Shown here: piece after piece, positions 1 through 9,655 of the stretch
Position numbering within the stretch: the stretch's first letter is position 1
Layout of the letters: each line of letters opens with the position of its first letter
DNA from: an uncultured bacterium
GTDB taxonomy: Bacteria; Acidobacteriota; HRBIN11; JAKEFK01
DNA length: 64,000 bases
Direction of reading: 5' to 3'
Assembly: GCA_963777505.1 (NCBI GenBank)
Contig: CAVZQN010000004.1
Span: forward strand, 672,001 to 736,000
The notes under the pieces: generated by a model
Seen by the model: the letters and a program-made list of their open reading frames with translations, nothing else
Databases searched by the model: none
Told to the model about the DNA's origin: nothing
Position numbers and translations under genes: made by a program

Positions 1-565
1 GGCCATCTACTTTCTCACCACGGATCTGTTCCGGCGCCATGTAATGAGGCGTACCCATAATCATGCCAGTGCGCGTAAATTGCGAAGCTGTCATTTTCGC
101 AATTCCGAAATCCATGATTTTTGCTTCGCCGTTATCGAGCAGCCGGATATTTGCCGTTTTTATGTCGCGATGAACAATTCCGTTTGCGTGAGCATAACCA
201 AGCCCCTGGCAAGTTTGAATGATGATATCGAGTTTCCTTAGTAGCGGCAGTTCAATTTTGCCCTTGATGATATGTTCTAGATCGGTACCCGTAAGGAATT
301 CCATCGCGATGTATGGGGTGCCGGTTTCATCTTCACCAAGATCATAGATGGTTACGACGTTGGGATGTCGAAGGCCGCCTGCAGATTGAGCTTCGCGCAT
401 AAAACGGTTGCGCAGCTCATCATCATCGGAGACGTCTTTCAACATGGTTTTGATTGCAACGTCTCGCTTCAGGATCGGATCATGAGCGCGATAAACATAG
501 CCCATGCCACCGCGGCCAATCCGTTCGATGACCGTATACTTTCCGATTTTTTGTGGGTTGCTCAT
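1..565 (-). CDS. Hanks-type Ser/Thr protein kinase, N-terminal part (runs off window; not in ORF track)
   Basis: Manual translation from ATG at 565: MSNPQKIGKYTVIERIGRGGMGYVY..VAIK..HRDIKTANI..DFGIA..GTPHYMAPEQ. Confidence 0.95.
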   Translation of the reverse strand, partial: MSNPQKIGKYTVIERIGRGGMGYVYRAHDPILKRDVAIKTMLKDVSDDDELRNRFMREAQSAGGLRHPNVVTIYDLGEDETGTPYIAMEFLTGTDLEHIIKGKIELPLLRKLDIIIQTCQGLGYAHANGIVHRDIKTANIRLLDNGEAKIMDFGIAKMTASQFTRTGMIMGTPHYMAPEQIRGEKVDG

Positions 566-626
566 CAAGTTCTCACGTTTTAAATCTAACTACGCGCGCT
601 TTTCCTAGCAATATTACGCTACAGGA

Positions 627-1412
627 TTATGCAGCCGTGGAGGTGTTATCTAAGCTGTACTTGACAAGAATTGCAGTAACGTTATCCTCCCCTCCATTCT
701 GGTTCGCTGTATCGATGAGTTCCTGGCAGGCTTTATCGAGGCTATCTTGATTGCGTGCGACGATATCAAGAATGTTCTCGTCGGAGATCATTGTGTTCAG
801 CCCATCTGAGCAAAGCAAGATGATGTCTCCATCTTGCATGCTTTCTTCCATGACATCGACGTCTACAGGATTGGGGCCGCCAAGCGCTCGCGTAACAATA
901 TTTCTATATGGATGATTGCGTGCTTGCTGCGAAGAGATTGCCCCGGTACGGAGTTGTTCATTGACCCACGAATGATCACTCGTTAATTGGATCAATTTTC
1001 CTGCGCGAACTAAATATGCGCGGCTATCTCCAACATGGGCTACTTGAGCTTTGCCATTTTCAACAAGAATTGAAACGACCGTTGTAGCCATTCCTTGAAA
1101 TTCTTTTTTCTGGCTCGTAACTTCAAGCACTCTTGCGTGAGCTGTTTGAATTGCAGATTTCAGACGGTTTCCTGCCATCGATAATGTTTCATCAAACTCA
1201 TATGGCCAGGTGATATCTTTATCGTTACCGGTAGTTTTAATAAAGTCATGAATCGATTCTACGGCGATTTTTGATGCAACTTCACCTGCAGCATGACCGC
1301 CCATTCCGTCTGCAACAACAAAAAGATTCAGCTCGCCATCGGCTTGATAGCTATCTTCGTTGGCGCTTCGTTTGCGCCCAACATCAGAAATAGCGGTATA
1401 GCTGATACTCAT
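627..1412 (-). CDS. PP2C-family Ser/Thr phosphatase (Stp1/PrpC type)
   Basis: Motifs DVGRKRSANED, VADGMGGH, HVGDSRAY, LCSDGL, GGEDN; adjacent to kinase. Confidence 0.95.
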   Translation of the reverse strand: MSISYTAISDVGRKRSANEDSYQADGELNLFVVADGMGGHAAGEVASKIAVESIHDFIKTTGNDKDITWPYEFDETLSMAGNRLKSAIQTAHARVLEVTSQKKEFQGMATTVVSILVENGKAQVAHVGDSRAYLVRAGKLIQLTSDHSWVNEQLRTGAISSQQARNHPYRNIVTRALGGPNPVDVDVMEESMQDGDIILLCSDGLNTMISDENILDIVARNQDSLDKACQELIDTANQNGGEDNVTAILVKYSLDNTSTAA

Positions 1413-1421
1413 GTTCCCCCG

Positions 1422-2561
1422 TTAGAAGCGATCCTTGCTGATTTCTCGCTGATTTCGAATTTTCTTTGCCTGTCGCCGGATGATTTCAGGGATATTCCGA
1501 TCATGTTCCACATTTCTAAGGTCCATGTCCCGTAATAATTTTAATAGATTTAATGCCGAAGGACTAGGCACCTTAGGATTTTTTACAAGTGTGATTACAA
1601 CATTGTATCTTTTGATAAATGCACGACTTGTGGCCATTGTCCGTAAAATTTCGGAATCCAGATTGCGCATTGATGCAAAATTGTCCATTTCCGAATCAGT
1701 TAATTTGGGATTGCGGATGACAAGTGCCGCGATCTGACGGCTCGCGTCCCGTATCAAAAGCGTTCGTTCTTCTTTGTTTCCGAGAAGAGCAGTGCGTACT
1801 TTCTCGGGATGGGCCATACGCATTACCCGTTGATAGGTGGTCAGAGTTTCTGGCGAAATCTTCTCAAGTTCATCAGTAGAAAAGATCGTTTCGAGTTGTG
1901 ATTGTACTTGTTCTTCGGTTGGTGGCGGTGGAGCATTCGTTATGATTTCTTCAATTAGTTTCTGCGCTGCAAAATCAAGGTCCGGAATTTGCGCAAGGAG
2001 GTCATCCAGTATCGCAAGAGGAATTTCTGCTTCTTTTATTTCCTCTTCTTCAACTACCGCTCCAACCTGCTTTTTGTAAATGAATTCTGTTTTGAATTCT
2101 TCAATTCGGCGTTTTTGATCGAATGTTAAATATGGATTCGTTTCGAGACTGGCAAGTATCTCAGAGTCACGTAAGAGACGAACCTGATTATTTAAAATGA
2201 TGTCTAGAAGGGGTCCTGATTCCGTGCGTGCCATCGACCGGAAAATTTCATCTCCAACCGAATGATTCAGAAGGATCCGTTCTTTTACAGGATGAGTGGT
2301 AGACCGAACACAATATTCAATCAGCGCATGGTCAGGATCTTTCTTTTCTACAAGGCGAAACCAGGTTTCTTGGGAAATTTTCTGCAAGCTTGTTTTTGCA
2401 AGGTTTGCGATCGGTTCATCGGTATCACTGCTAAGTTGCACTTGTAAAGGAACAAGCTCTTCTTCCGCGAGCGGAAGCATTCCTTGTGCCGCAAATTCTT
2501 TAATATTGCGCGGCGCCGAGCCTGAACGCAGCTGTTCTACAAGTGAAGATGCCGGGTTCAT
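1422..2561 (-). CDS. Conserved hypothetical alpha-helical repeat protein (HEAT/LRV-like)
   Basis: 379-aa ORF with repeated LVxNP / IRNP helical units; C-terminal region resembles 3178-3921. Confidence 0.7.
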   Translation of the reverse strand: MNPASSLVEQLRSGSAPRNIKEFAAQGMLPLAEEELVPLQVQLSSDTDEPIANLAKTSLQKISQETWFRLVEKKDPDHALIEYCVRSTTHPVKERILLNHSVGDEIFRSMARTESGPLLDIILNNQVRLLRDSEILASLETNPYLTFDQKRRIEEFKTEFIYKKQVGAVVEEEEIKEAEIPLAILDDLLAQIPDLDFAAQKLIEEIITNAPPPPTEEQVQSQLETIFSTDELEKISPETLTTYQRVMRMAHPEKVRTALLGNKEERTLLIRDASRQIAALVIRNPKLTDSEMDNFASMRNLDSEILRTMATSRAFIKRYNVVITLVKNPKVPSPSALNLLKLLRDMDLRNVEHDRNIPEIIRRQAKKIRNQREISKDRF

Positions 2562-2566
2562 AGAGT

Positions 2567-3052
2567 TTAGACCTGGATCGAAGTACGCTCGTCCCGATCA
2601 ATCATCGTGTCATACAATGAGGATGTCCTATTTTCAGATGTTGTTCGTGGAAAAAAACGATGGCGATTAAAATAAAAATATGTTCCCACAAGGATTAACA
2701 ATACTAGAATCAGCACGATTTGCAGCATTTTGCCGCTCTTCTTCTCCTGAATATGCTGTGGAGCGAGAGTCGCTCCAACCCCCGGAATACTTTCCACGGG
2801 TGGAGCATGTTCATTAGAGCCATCAAATTGTTGATTATATTTTCGGACTACATTCTCCGAATCAATCCCTATAAAATCAGCATAAGCACGTAAAAAATTG
2901 CGGTTAAAAATCCCGCCTGGCAGGGCTCTAAAGTTATTCCTTTCGATCGCTTCTAGAATCCGCATACTGATTTTAGTAGCTTCCGAAATTTCACGAAGCG
3001 AAATATCTCGAAGTTCTCGCTCCCGTTTCAGCTCTTCTCCCAAAGAAACCAT
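2567..3052 (-). CDS. RodZ-like HTH protein with one TM helix and a very short C-terminal tail
   Basis: LGEELKRERELRDISLREISEATKIS..LPGGIFNRNFLRAYA (HTH_25-like), then a hydrophobic helix. Confidence 0.85.
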   Translation of the reverse strand: MVSLGEELKRERELRDISLREISEATKISMRILEAIERNNFRALPGGIFNRNFLRAYADFIGIDSENVVRKYNQQFDGSNEHAPPVESIPGVGATLAPQHIQEKKSGKMLQIVLILVLLILVGTYFYFNRHRFFPRTTSENRTSSLYDTMIDRDERTSIQV

Positions 3053-3177
3053 GATGCTTGTTTGAAGATACCTTGCTTAACCGTAAAAGGCTGAGCCCGC
3101 TCAATTTTTCATTTATTCTAGACGGCATCTCCTCGAGTGTCAATGAAATAGGATTAACCGCAAGAGCTAAGAGTATA

Positions 3178-3921
3178 TCAATATTCCCCTGAGAGGATTC
3201 GGCTTGCTGCACGCCGGATAAGTTCAGGTGTATGAGGATGGCGTATCAGTGGTTCGAGATCTTGCTTCTTGAGTTTGGAAACGATGGACAAGGCAACATG
3301 AAGAGGTGTTCTTGCATTTCGGACAAGGGCGAGGCGAACCGGATATCGTACCGACCATTTATAATCTCGTCCGATCGAAGCAAGCACAGAACGGGCAGTC
3401 ATTTCATCATTGACCATCAATACAACATCATCTTCAACAAGTTGTGGATTTCGCAAAAGTTCAGCAATAATCTTTAGATCTTTTTCACCGCGAAGATGGC
3501 CGATCAATGGACGCGGACATGTGCGAGCCAGCGACATTTTTTCGCCAAGGGACATTTCAGTCAACCGCACCTTCAGGTAATTTTCGGCTGTTCTTCGAAG
3601 CCGCGGATTTAACTTCAGATTGCCGATAGTTTTTAAAAGATCGTGCCAGAACAAAAGTTGAATCATTCGTATCGCAATTGCAAAGGGTGCCTTTGGACAA
3701 TTCGCGATTGCTGACTGAACACGATAGCTTGAAATCCAATCATTCCGTTCGCAAATCAGTTCCACAACATCCTGAGTGATTCGCGCATTACGAAGCAGGA
3801 TTAACAAATGCTCTTCTTGAATCACTGGATTCGATAGACTGAGGCGCAAATTTTTTGGATTTGATCCTGAAACTACTGTATATAACTCCAATGCGGTACA
3901 GGTGAGCGGCGAAACAGTCAT
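3178..3921 (-). CDS. Hypothetical helical repeat protein, related to 1422-2561
   Basis: 247-aa ORF with WSVRYPVRLALVRNARTP and WISSYRVQSAIANCPKAP repeat units. Confidence 0.7.
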   Translation of the reverse strand: MTVSPLTCTALELYTVVSGSNPKNLRLSLSNPVIQEEHLLILLRNARITQDVVELICERNDWISSYRVQSAIANCPKAPFAIAIRMIQLLFWHDLLKTIGNLKLNPRLRRTAENYLKVRLTEMSLGEKMSLARTCPRPLIGHLRGEKDLKIIAELLRNPQLVEDDVVLMVNDEMTARSVLASIGRDYKWSVRYPVRLALVRNARTPLHVALSIVSKLKKQDLEPLIRHPHTPELIRRAASRILSGEY

Positions 3922-3935
3922 TAATCTTTAGCTCG

Positions 3936-3993
3936 GGAGGGCAGGCGTCTCTGCCTGCCAGGATGTAACGGCGAGCAGAGACGCTCGCCCTCC
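3936..3993. repeat. Inverted REP-like doublet
   Basis: GGAGGGCAGGCGTCTCTGCCTGCC and an inverted copy reading GGAGGGCGAGCGTCTCTGCTCGCC on the - strand. Confidence 0.75.
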
Positions 3994-4006
3994 AGAGACC
4001 ATGAAT

Positions 4007-5497
4007 TTATTCAGGCTTCCACCGAAGAACGGGCTTACGTGCTGCTTCCGCTTCATCCAAACGTGAAATCTTTGTAGTGTGCGGAGCTGATCGAACAACT
4101 TCAGGTTGTGTTTCAGCTTCCTGTGCAATCATTTTCATTGCTGTGATGAAGGTGTCCAGGGTTTCCATGGACTCAGATTCTGTCGGTTCAATCATCATTG
4201 CACCCGGCACAATGAGTGGAAAATAAATTGTAGGTGGATGGAATCCATAATCCATCAGTCGTTTAGCGATATCCAGAGTTCTTACGTCGAATTTGTTTTG
4301 GATCTTATCCGAAAGTATGACTTCATGCATGACCGGACGACCATAAGGAAGATGGTACGTATCTTTTAACTGACTTTTGATGTAATTCGCGTTCAAGACC
4401 GAATGTTCGGCAACATTTCGAATGTGATCGCTGCCATAGGCAAGTAAATATGTATAAGCACGGGCCAGTATTTTGAAGTTGCCGTAAAACGAATGAACTT
4501 TGCCTATTGAATCCGGGAAATCGTTGCTCAATTCAAATTTGCCTTCTTTCTTTTGAACGATCCGTGGAACCGGAAGGAAAGGTTCCAGGACCGATTTCAC
4601 AAGGACTGGACCTGCGCCCGGACCGCCGCCACCATGCGGAGTGCTGAAAGTCTTGTGCAAATTCAGATGCATGACATCAATTCCGAAATCTCCTGGACGC
4701 GCAACACCTACAATTGCATTCATATTAGCGCCGTCAAGATATACAAGTCCGCCTTTCGCATGAAGGATCTCTGCAATGGCACCTATATCTTCTTCAAATA
4801 ATCCAAGTGTGTTTGGATTTGTAAGCATCAAAGCTGCGACATCATCATTCATCGCATTTTGTAGTGACTGAGTATCCAGACAACCTTCTTCGTTTGATAA
4901 GATTTCAACAACTTGATACCCGCACAGTGCAGCACTCGCAGGATTTGTGCCATGAGCTGAGGAGGGAATCAGAATCTTTTTGCGCGGATTGTTATCGCGC
5001 TTTAGCAAACAAGCGCGCACAAGCATCATGCCTGTGAGCTCGCCTTGCGCTCCTGCAGCAGGCTGCAAAGAAATTGCATCCATTCCGAATAATTCACAAA
5101 GATAGCGGCTCAAATTATCTAATAATTCCAAATTTCCCTGCGCTGTGGAGTGCGGTTGCTCAGGATGCGTTGCACTGAATCCGGGAAAGCCCGCTATACG
5201 CTCATTAATTTTCGGATTGTATTTCATCGTACAGGAGCCGAGCGGATAAAATGCTGTATCGATGCTGTGATTCCACTGTGAAATCTTTGTGAAGTGCCGG
5301 ATCACTTCCAGTTCACTGACTTCAGGCAATCCAGCAATTTTGTCGCGAAGAAGATCTGACGGAATTAATTGTTCAGCTGCCGTTTCAGGAATCTCTAAAG
5401 GTGGCAGAGAAAAACCGGAACGATCTTTCCGTTTTTCAAAGATCAGATTTTCATTTAGATATCCGTTTTCTTTGAATGGAGTCTTTATGTTGCTCAC
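4007..5497 (-). CDS. gcvPB: Glycine dehydrogenase subunit 2
   Basis: YPLGSCTMKYNP, HLNLHKTFSTPHGGGGPG (PLP lysine). Confidence 0.97.
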   Translation of the reverse strand: MSNIKTPFKENGYLNENLIFEKRKDRSGFSLPPLEIPETAAEQLIPSDLLRDKIAGLPEVSELEVIRHFTKISQWNHSIDTAFYPLGSCTMKYNPKINERIAGFPGFSATHPEQPHSTAQGNLELLDNLSRYLCELFGMDAISLQPAAGAQGELTGMMLVRACLLKRDNNPRKKILIPSSAHGTNPASAALCGYQVVEILSNEEGCLDTQSLQNAMNDDVAALMLTNPNTLGLFEEDIGAIAEILHAKGGLVYLDGANMNAIVGVARPGDFGIDVMHLNLHKTFSTPHGGGGPGAGPVLVKSVLEPFLPVPRIVQKKEGKFELSNDFPDSIGKVHSFYGNFKILARAYTYLLAYGSDHIRNVAEHSVLNANYIKSQLKDTYHLPYGRPVMHEVILSDKIQNKFDVRTLDIAKRLMDYGFHPPTIYFPLIVPGAMMIEPTESESMETLDTFITAMKMIAQEAETQPEVVRSAPHTTKISRLDEAEAARKPVLRWKPE

Positions 5498-6837
5498 TGT
5501 GCAGCCTCCAGTTCTGACGCAAACAGATCGATATCTTTCTTGCGATTCATTTCAGTTGCGCAAACGAGCAACGAATTTTTCAACTCAGGATAATATCGTC
5601 CCAATGGAATTCCTGCGAAAATGTTCTTTTCCGAAAGTGTTTGCACAATCTTTTCGGCATCCCCTTTCAACTCAAGGACAAATTCATTGAAATGTGGACC
5701 GCTAAATTTGACTTTCGAAGTTTTGCTTAATATTTCTCTCGCGTAATTTGCCATTTGCAAGTTTCGAACCGCGAGATTTCGAAACCCTTCGCCTCCAATG
5801 AACGACATATAAACAGTGACTGCCAGGGCGCATAGACCTTGATTTGTACAGATGTTTGATGTCGCTTTTTCACGGCGGATATGTTGCTCACGTGCTGCGA
5901 GAGTTAAAACAAAACCTCGACGTCCTTGAACGTCGCGCGCCATTCCTACGAGGCGTCCAGGCAGATTGCGCATATACGTTTGTTTCGCGGAAAGGAAGCC
6001 GGCGTAAGGGCCGCCATACCCAGGATGAAGACCGAGTGATTGGCATTCACCTGCAGCAAGATCCGCACCGCATTCACCCGGCGATTTCAGGATGCCAAGC
6101 GATAGCGCTTCCGCAACAACCGAAATTGCCAGAGCCCCTTTCGATTTCGCTTCAGCGAAAAGCTTTTCCTGCTGCTCAACAATGCCGAAATAATTGGGAG
6201 ACTGTAATACTATACAAATAGTATTATCATCTAATGCCGCTTTGAACGCATCCGAATCCGTTCTGCCGGTTGCATCGTACGGAAGTTCCACGATTTCAAC
6301 CGGTAAATTTGCCGTGTAAGTTCGAATCACGCGCCTGTAATTTGGATGAACTGCGGAAGAGACAAGCACCTTATTGCGGTCAGGTTTTATACGCCGAGCC
6401 ATCAAAACGGTTTCCGCAGCAGACGACGCACCGTCGTACATCGATGCATTAGAAATATCGAGGCCTGTAATCTGGCAAACAAAAGTTTGGAATTCAAAAA
6501 TAGCTTGAAGCGTCCCCTGACTGATTTCAGGTTGATATGGCGTATAGCTTGTTAGAAACTCGCCGCGACTGATCAGCGCATCCACAAGCGCAGGAACGTA
6601 GTGATTATAGGATCCTCCGCCAAGAAACGATTTCGATTCACTCATATTCTTATTGCGTGAAGAAAGATCCCAAAGATGTTGATGTAATTCTTGTTCGGAA
6701 AGCGCTTTAGGAAATGAAAAATCTCCATGGAACTGAAATTCTGACGGAATCGAAGTGAATAAGTCTTCAAGAGAGGAAATGCCGATGTCGGCTAACATTT
6801 TGCGGACATCTTCCTGGGAGGATGGAATGTAACGCAC
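5494..6837 (-). CDS. gcvPA: Glycine dehydrogenase subunit 1
   Basis: YTPYQPEISQG, REQHIRREKATSNICTNQ. Confidence 0.97.
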   Translation of the reverse strand: MRYIPSSQEDVRKMLADIGISSLEDLFTSIPSEFQFHGDFSFPKALSEQELHQHLWDLSSRNKNMSESKSFLGGGSYNHYVPALVDALISRGEFLTSYTPYQPEISQGTLQAIFEFQTFVCQITGLDISNASMYDGASSAAETVLMARRIKPDRNKVLVSSAVHPNYRRVIRTYTANLPVEIVELPYDATGRTDSDAFKAALDDNTICIVLQSPNYFGIVEQQEKLFAEAKSKGALAISVVAEALSLGILKSPGECGADLAAGECQSLGLHPGYGGPYAGFLSAKQTYMRNLPGRLVGMARDVQGRRGFVLTLAAREQHIRREKATSNICTNQGLCALAVTVYMSFIGGEGFRNLAVRNLQMANYAREILSKTSKVKFSGPHFNEFVLELKGDAEKIVQTLSEKNIFAGIPLGRYYPELKNSLLVCATEMNRKKDIDLFASELEAAQ

Positions 6838-7245
6838 TCAGTGTTTCTCCTGTGAAATTAATTCTTCGTATTCGTGGGCATTCAATAAGGAATCCAGATC
6901 TGAATCATTCGAAAGTTTTACCTTGATTAACCAGCCTTTACCGTGTGGATCTTGATTAATCAATTCCGGCTGATCGGAAACAGTCGAATTGACGGCTACA
7001 ATTTCCATATTTGCGGGCGCATAAATTTCAGAGACCGCTTTTACCGACTCAATCGAGCCGAAGGCTTCACCTAATGCGAACTTTTTACCGGCTGCGGGAA
7101 GTTCAACATAAACAATGTCCCCTAATTCTTTTTGAGCATAATTTGTGATTCCAACAGTAATTTCTGAATCTTCCTTTTTTATCCACTCATGTTCTTTTGT
7201 ATAACGATATTCTTCTGGGTACATGATCTCTTGCTCCGTTGTCAT
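6838..7245 (-). CDS. gcvH: Glycine cleavage H protein (start may be a downstream ATG)
   Basis: YTKEHEW, lipoyl motif IESVKAVSE. Confidence 0.97.
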   Translation of the reverse strand: MTTEQEIMYPEEYRYTKEHEWIKKEDSEITVGITNYAQKELGDIVYVELPAAGKKFALGEAFGSIESVKAVSEIYAPANMEIVAVNSTVSDQPELINQDPHGKGWLIKVKLSNDSDLDSLLNAHEYEELISQEKH

Positions 7246-7349
7246 GGTGCCGGGAAGGCGTTCATTTTGTATGCTACACCGGCACGGTTGTCAGAACATT
7301 TTTTCGGGGGATTTTCAAATCAGATTCGCGAATTGCCGCATCTTCCAGG

Positions 7350-8444
7350 TCATCGAGGACGTTTATAAAATGGTGTTGGGACAACGCGGGCTGCTAATCT
7401 TTTGCCCCTGACATCAATTTCAAATTCCTGGCCGATATCGGAGTTTTGTTCCGGTAAATAAATCAAACCGATTGCTTTCTTTAAATAGGGAGCGAATGTA
7501 CCGCTTGTAACGATCCCTGATTTAATTCCCTGAATATACGCTTCATGTCCATGACGCGCAATTCCGCGATCTGTCACTTCAAACCCCACAAGCTTTCTAT
7601 CAATTCCTTCTTCTTTTTGCTTTATTAAAGCCGATCTGCCGATAAAATCACCTTTTTCCCATTTCACAATCCATTCCAGATCGGCTTCAAGTAAAGTTGT
7701 TGTTTGATCAATATCATTGCCATATAAAACCATCTTTGCTTCAAGACGTAACGTATCTCTTGCTGCAAGACCCGCAAGTTTCAGTTGTCCATTCCCAACT
7801 TCAAAAAAGCGGTTCCAGAGTTGAGACGCTTTTGATGGCGCACAAAATACTTCAAAACCATCTTCCCCTGTGTAACCTGTACGGGCTACGATCACCGGAA
7901 CACCTTCCATGTCGATTTTGCGGAACCAGTAATATTTCACTGAACTCAAATCAAAGGCTGTGGTTTTTTGAACGATTGAAACTGCTTTTGGCCCTTGTAC
8001 TGCAATTTGAGCATATTGATCGGAGGTATTTTCAACTGATACATTTCCTCGTGCATGACTCCGAATGTAATCAAAGTCTTTATCGGTATTGGAAGCGTTT
8101 ACGCAAAGAAAAAAGTGATCATCCGCAAAACGATAAACAAGAACATCATCAACAAAAGTGCCTTCGGGATAGATAAGCGCACTATAGTGGGCCTGATTGA
8201 TCGCGAGCCGTGCTGCGTTGTTGGTTGTGACTTTTTGAACGACAGCCAGAGCATCCTTTCCCTGGATTTCAATTTCACCCATGTGTGAAACATCGAAAAT
8301 ACCGGCAGAGTTCCGTACCGCTTGATGTTCGCTAACGACACCTTCATATTCAATTGGCATTTGCCAGCCCGCAAATGGAACCATCTTGGCTCCAGCAGCA
8401 ACATGAACAGAGTGTAGTGGCGTTTGCTTTAGTATTTCAGTCAT
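7350..8444 (-). CDS. gcvT: Aminomethyltransferase, glycine cleavage T protein
   Basis: FDVSHMGE, RTGYTGEDGFE, GLAARDTLRLEA. Confidence 0.97.
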   Translation of the reverse strand: MTEILKQTPLHSVHVAAGAKMVPFAGWQMPIEYEGVVSEHQAVRNSAGIFDVSHMGEIEIQGKDALAVVQKVTTNNAARLAINQAHYSALIYPEGTFVDDVLVYRFADDHFFLCVNASNTDKDFDYIRSHARGNVSVENTSDQYAQIAVQGPKAVSIVQKTTAFDLSSVKYYWFRKIDMEGVPVIVARTGYTGEDGFEVFCAPSKASQLWNRFFEVGNGQLKLAGLAARDTLRLEAKMVLYGNDIDQTTTLLEADLEWIVKWEKGDFIGRSALIKQKEEGIDRKLVGFEVTDRGIARHGHEAYIQGIKSGIVTSGTFAPYLKKAIGLIYLPEQNSDIGQEFEIDVRGKRLAARVVPTPFYKRPR

Positions 8445-8470
8445 GAAAATGACGGTATCATATTTTACTT

Positions 8471-9655
8471 TTACCGCAAAGACTCAGTGTATTGTCTAAG
8501 TAGTTGGGCGATGACTACTTGTGGATTGAAGCGTGATTCGTAGAGTTCGCGGGCACTTTCTCCCAGTGATTTTCTTAAAGCCGAGTCTGCTGTTAAACGT
8601 GCAATCGATGCTGCATATTCCTCAATAGAATTCGCCATTAGACCAGAAACTTCGTTTTTGACGATGTCATGATGTCCGCCTGGATGGCTGAATGTTATCG
8701 CTGCTTTTCTAAGCATGGCAGCTTCGATGAGTACTCTTCCCAAAGGCTCAGGCCATATTGAAGAGAATAGAACGAATTCAGACTTCTTTAGCACATGAAG
8801 CATTTCGGGATACTGTAAATATCCTGTAAAATGCGCGCGAATTGATCTGTCATGAAATCCTTTTTCCAATTCATCACGCAAACTACCTTCTCCTACAAGC
8901 ACGATAGGTAATTGAACTTTACTGTTTTCCATAATCTCAGGAAGCAAGTGCGCGCCTTTGTTCTTTTCAAAGCGTCCGACATACACAATGAATTTTTCTG
9001 GAGTACTCACATTTTCATTCGTAGCAATTTCTTCCGAGAAGTTCGGTAAGACCGAAAGTTGATTCTCGTTGAAAACAGGTAGGAGTTGGGCTTTTAGATA
9101 GTTGCTGATGCAAAATATTTTTTCAGCTTTTCGCATGACTCCGTTCCATCGATTCAATCGCGCATCAAACCAGTGGTAAATAAGAGGTGCAGCAATTCCT
9201 TTCCATGTTTGTTCCTCACCGGAACAACGCGCGAAATCGTTCATCGTACAGGTTGTCCCTGTACGGTAAATCGATCGGGAGCAAAAGCAGATTGGCCAGT
9301 AATCGCGAATCGTTGTAAAAAATGTTGAAGGCTCCGACATTGCTAGCGCAATCGAGCTGAATCGATGATGTGCATGCAAAATATCAAAATCAGGTGATAA
9401 CTGTTTTAGGCGTGCCGTGATTTTCGGAAGATCCTGATTTTCACGAATAAAGTTTGTTAAGAATGGAAGCTTATTGCGCGAAAGTGGAATGCTTTCAATC
9501 TTGAATCCATCATATTCCCGCGAGGGACTATCCAGCGATACAATTCTTAAATCGAATCCTTGATTGCGAAGTTCACGCGCAAAAAAATAGACACTCCAGC
9601 CGCTTCCGCCACAATGAGGCGGGAAGACATCGGTAACATAAAGAATCTTTTTCAT
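8471..9655 (-). CDS. GT4 glycosyltransferase
   Basis: FPPHCGG, VGRFEKNKG, WPEPLGRVLIEA. Confidence 0.9.
   Translation of the reverse strand: MKKILYVTDVFPPHCGGSGWSVYFFARELRNQGFDLRIVSLDSPSREYDGFKIESIPLSRNKLPFLTNFIRENQDLPKITARLKQLSPDFDILHAHHRFSSIALAMSEPSTFFTTIRDYWPICFCSRSIYRTGTTCTMNDFARCSGEEQTWKGIAAPLIYHWFDARLNRWNGVMRKAEKIFCISNYLKAQLLPVFNENQLSVLPNFSEEIATNENVSTPEKFIVYVGRFEKNKGAHLLPEIMENSKVQLPIVLVGEGSLRDELEKGFHDRSIRAHFTGYLQYPEMLHVLKKSEFVLFSSIWPEPLGRVLIEAAMLRKAAITFSHPGGHHDIVKNEVSGLMANSIEEYAASIARLTADSALRKSLGESARELYESRFNPQVVIAQLLRQYTESLR

Noticed and set aside
7246-8470. Glycine riboswitch for the gcv operon
   Set aside because: Only 26 bp lie upstream of gcvT, and the gcvT-gcvH spacer has a GTGCCGG/CCGGCAC hairpin but no recognisable glycine aptamer motifs
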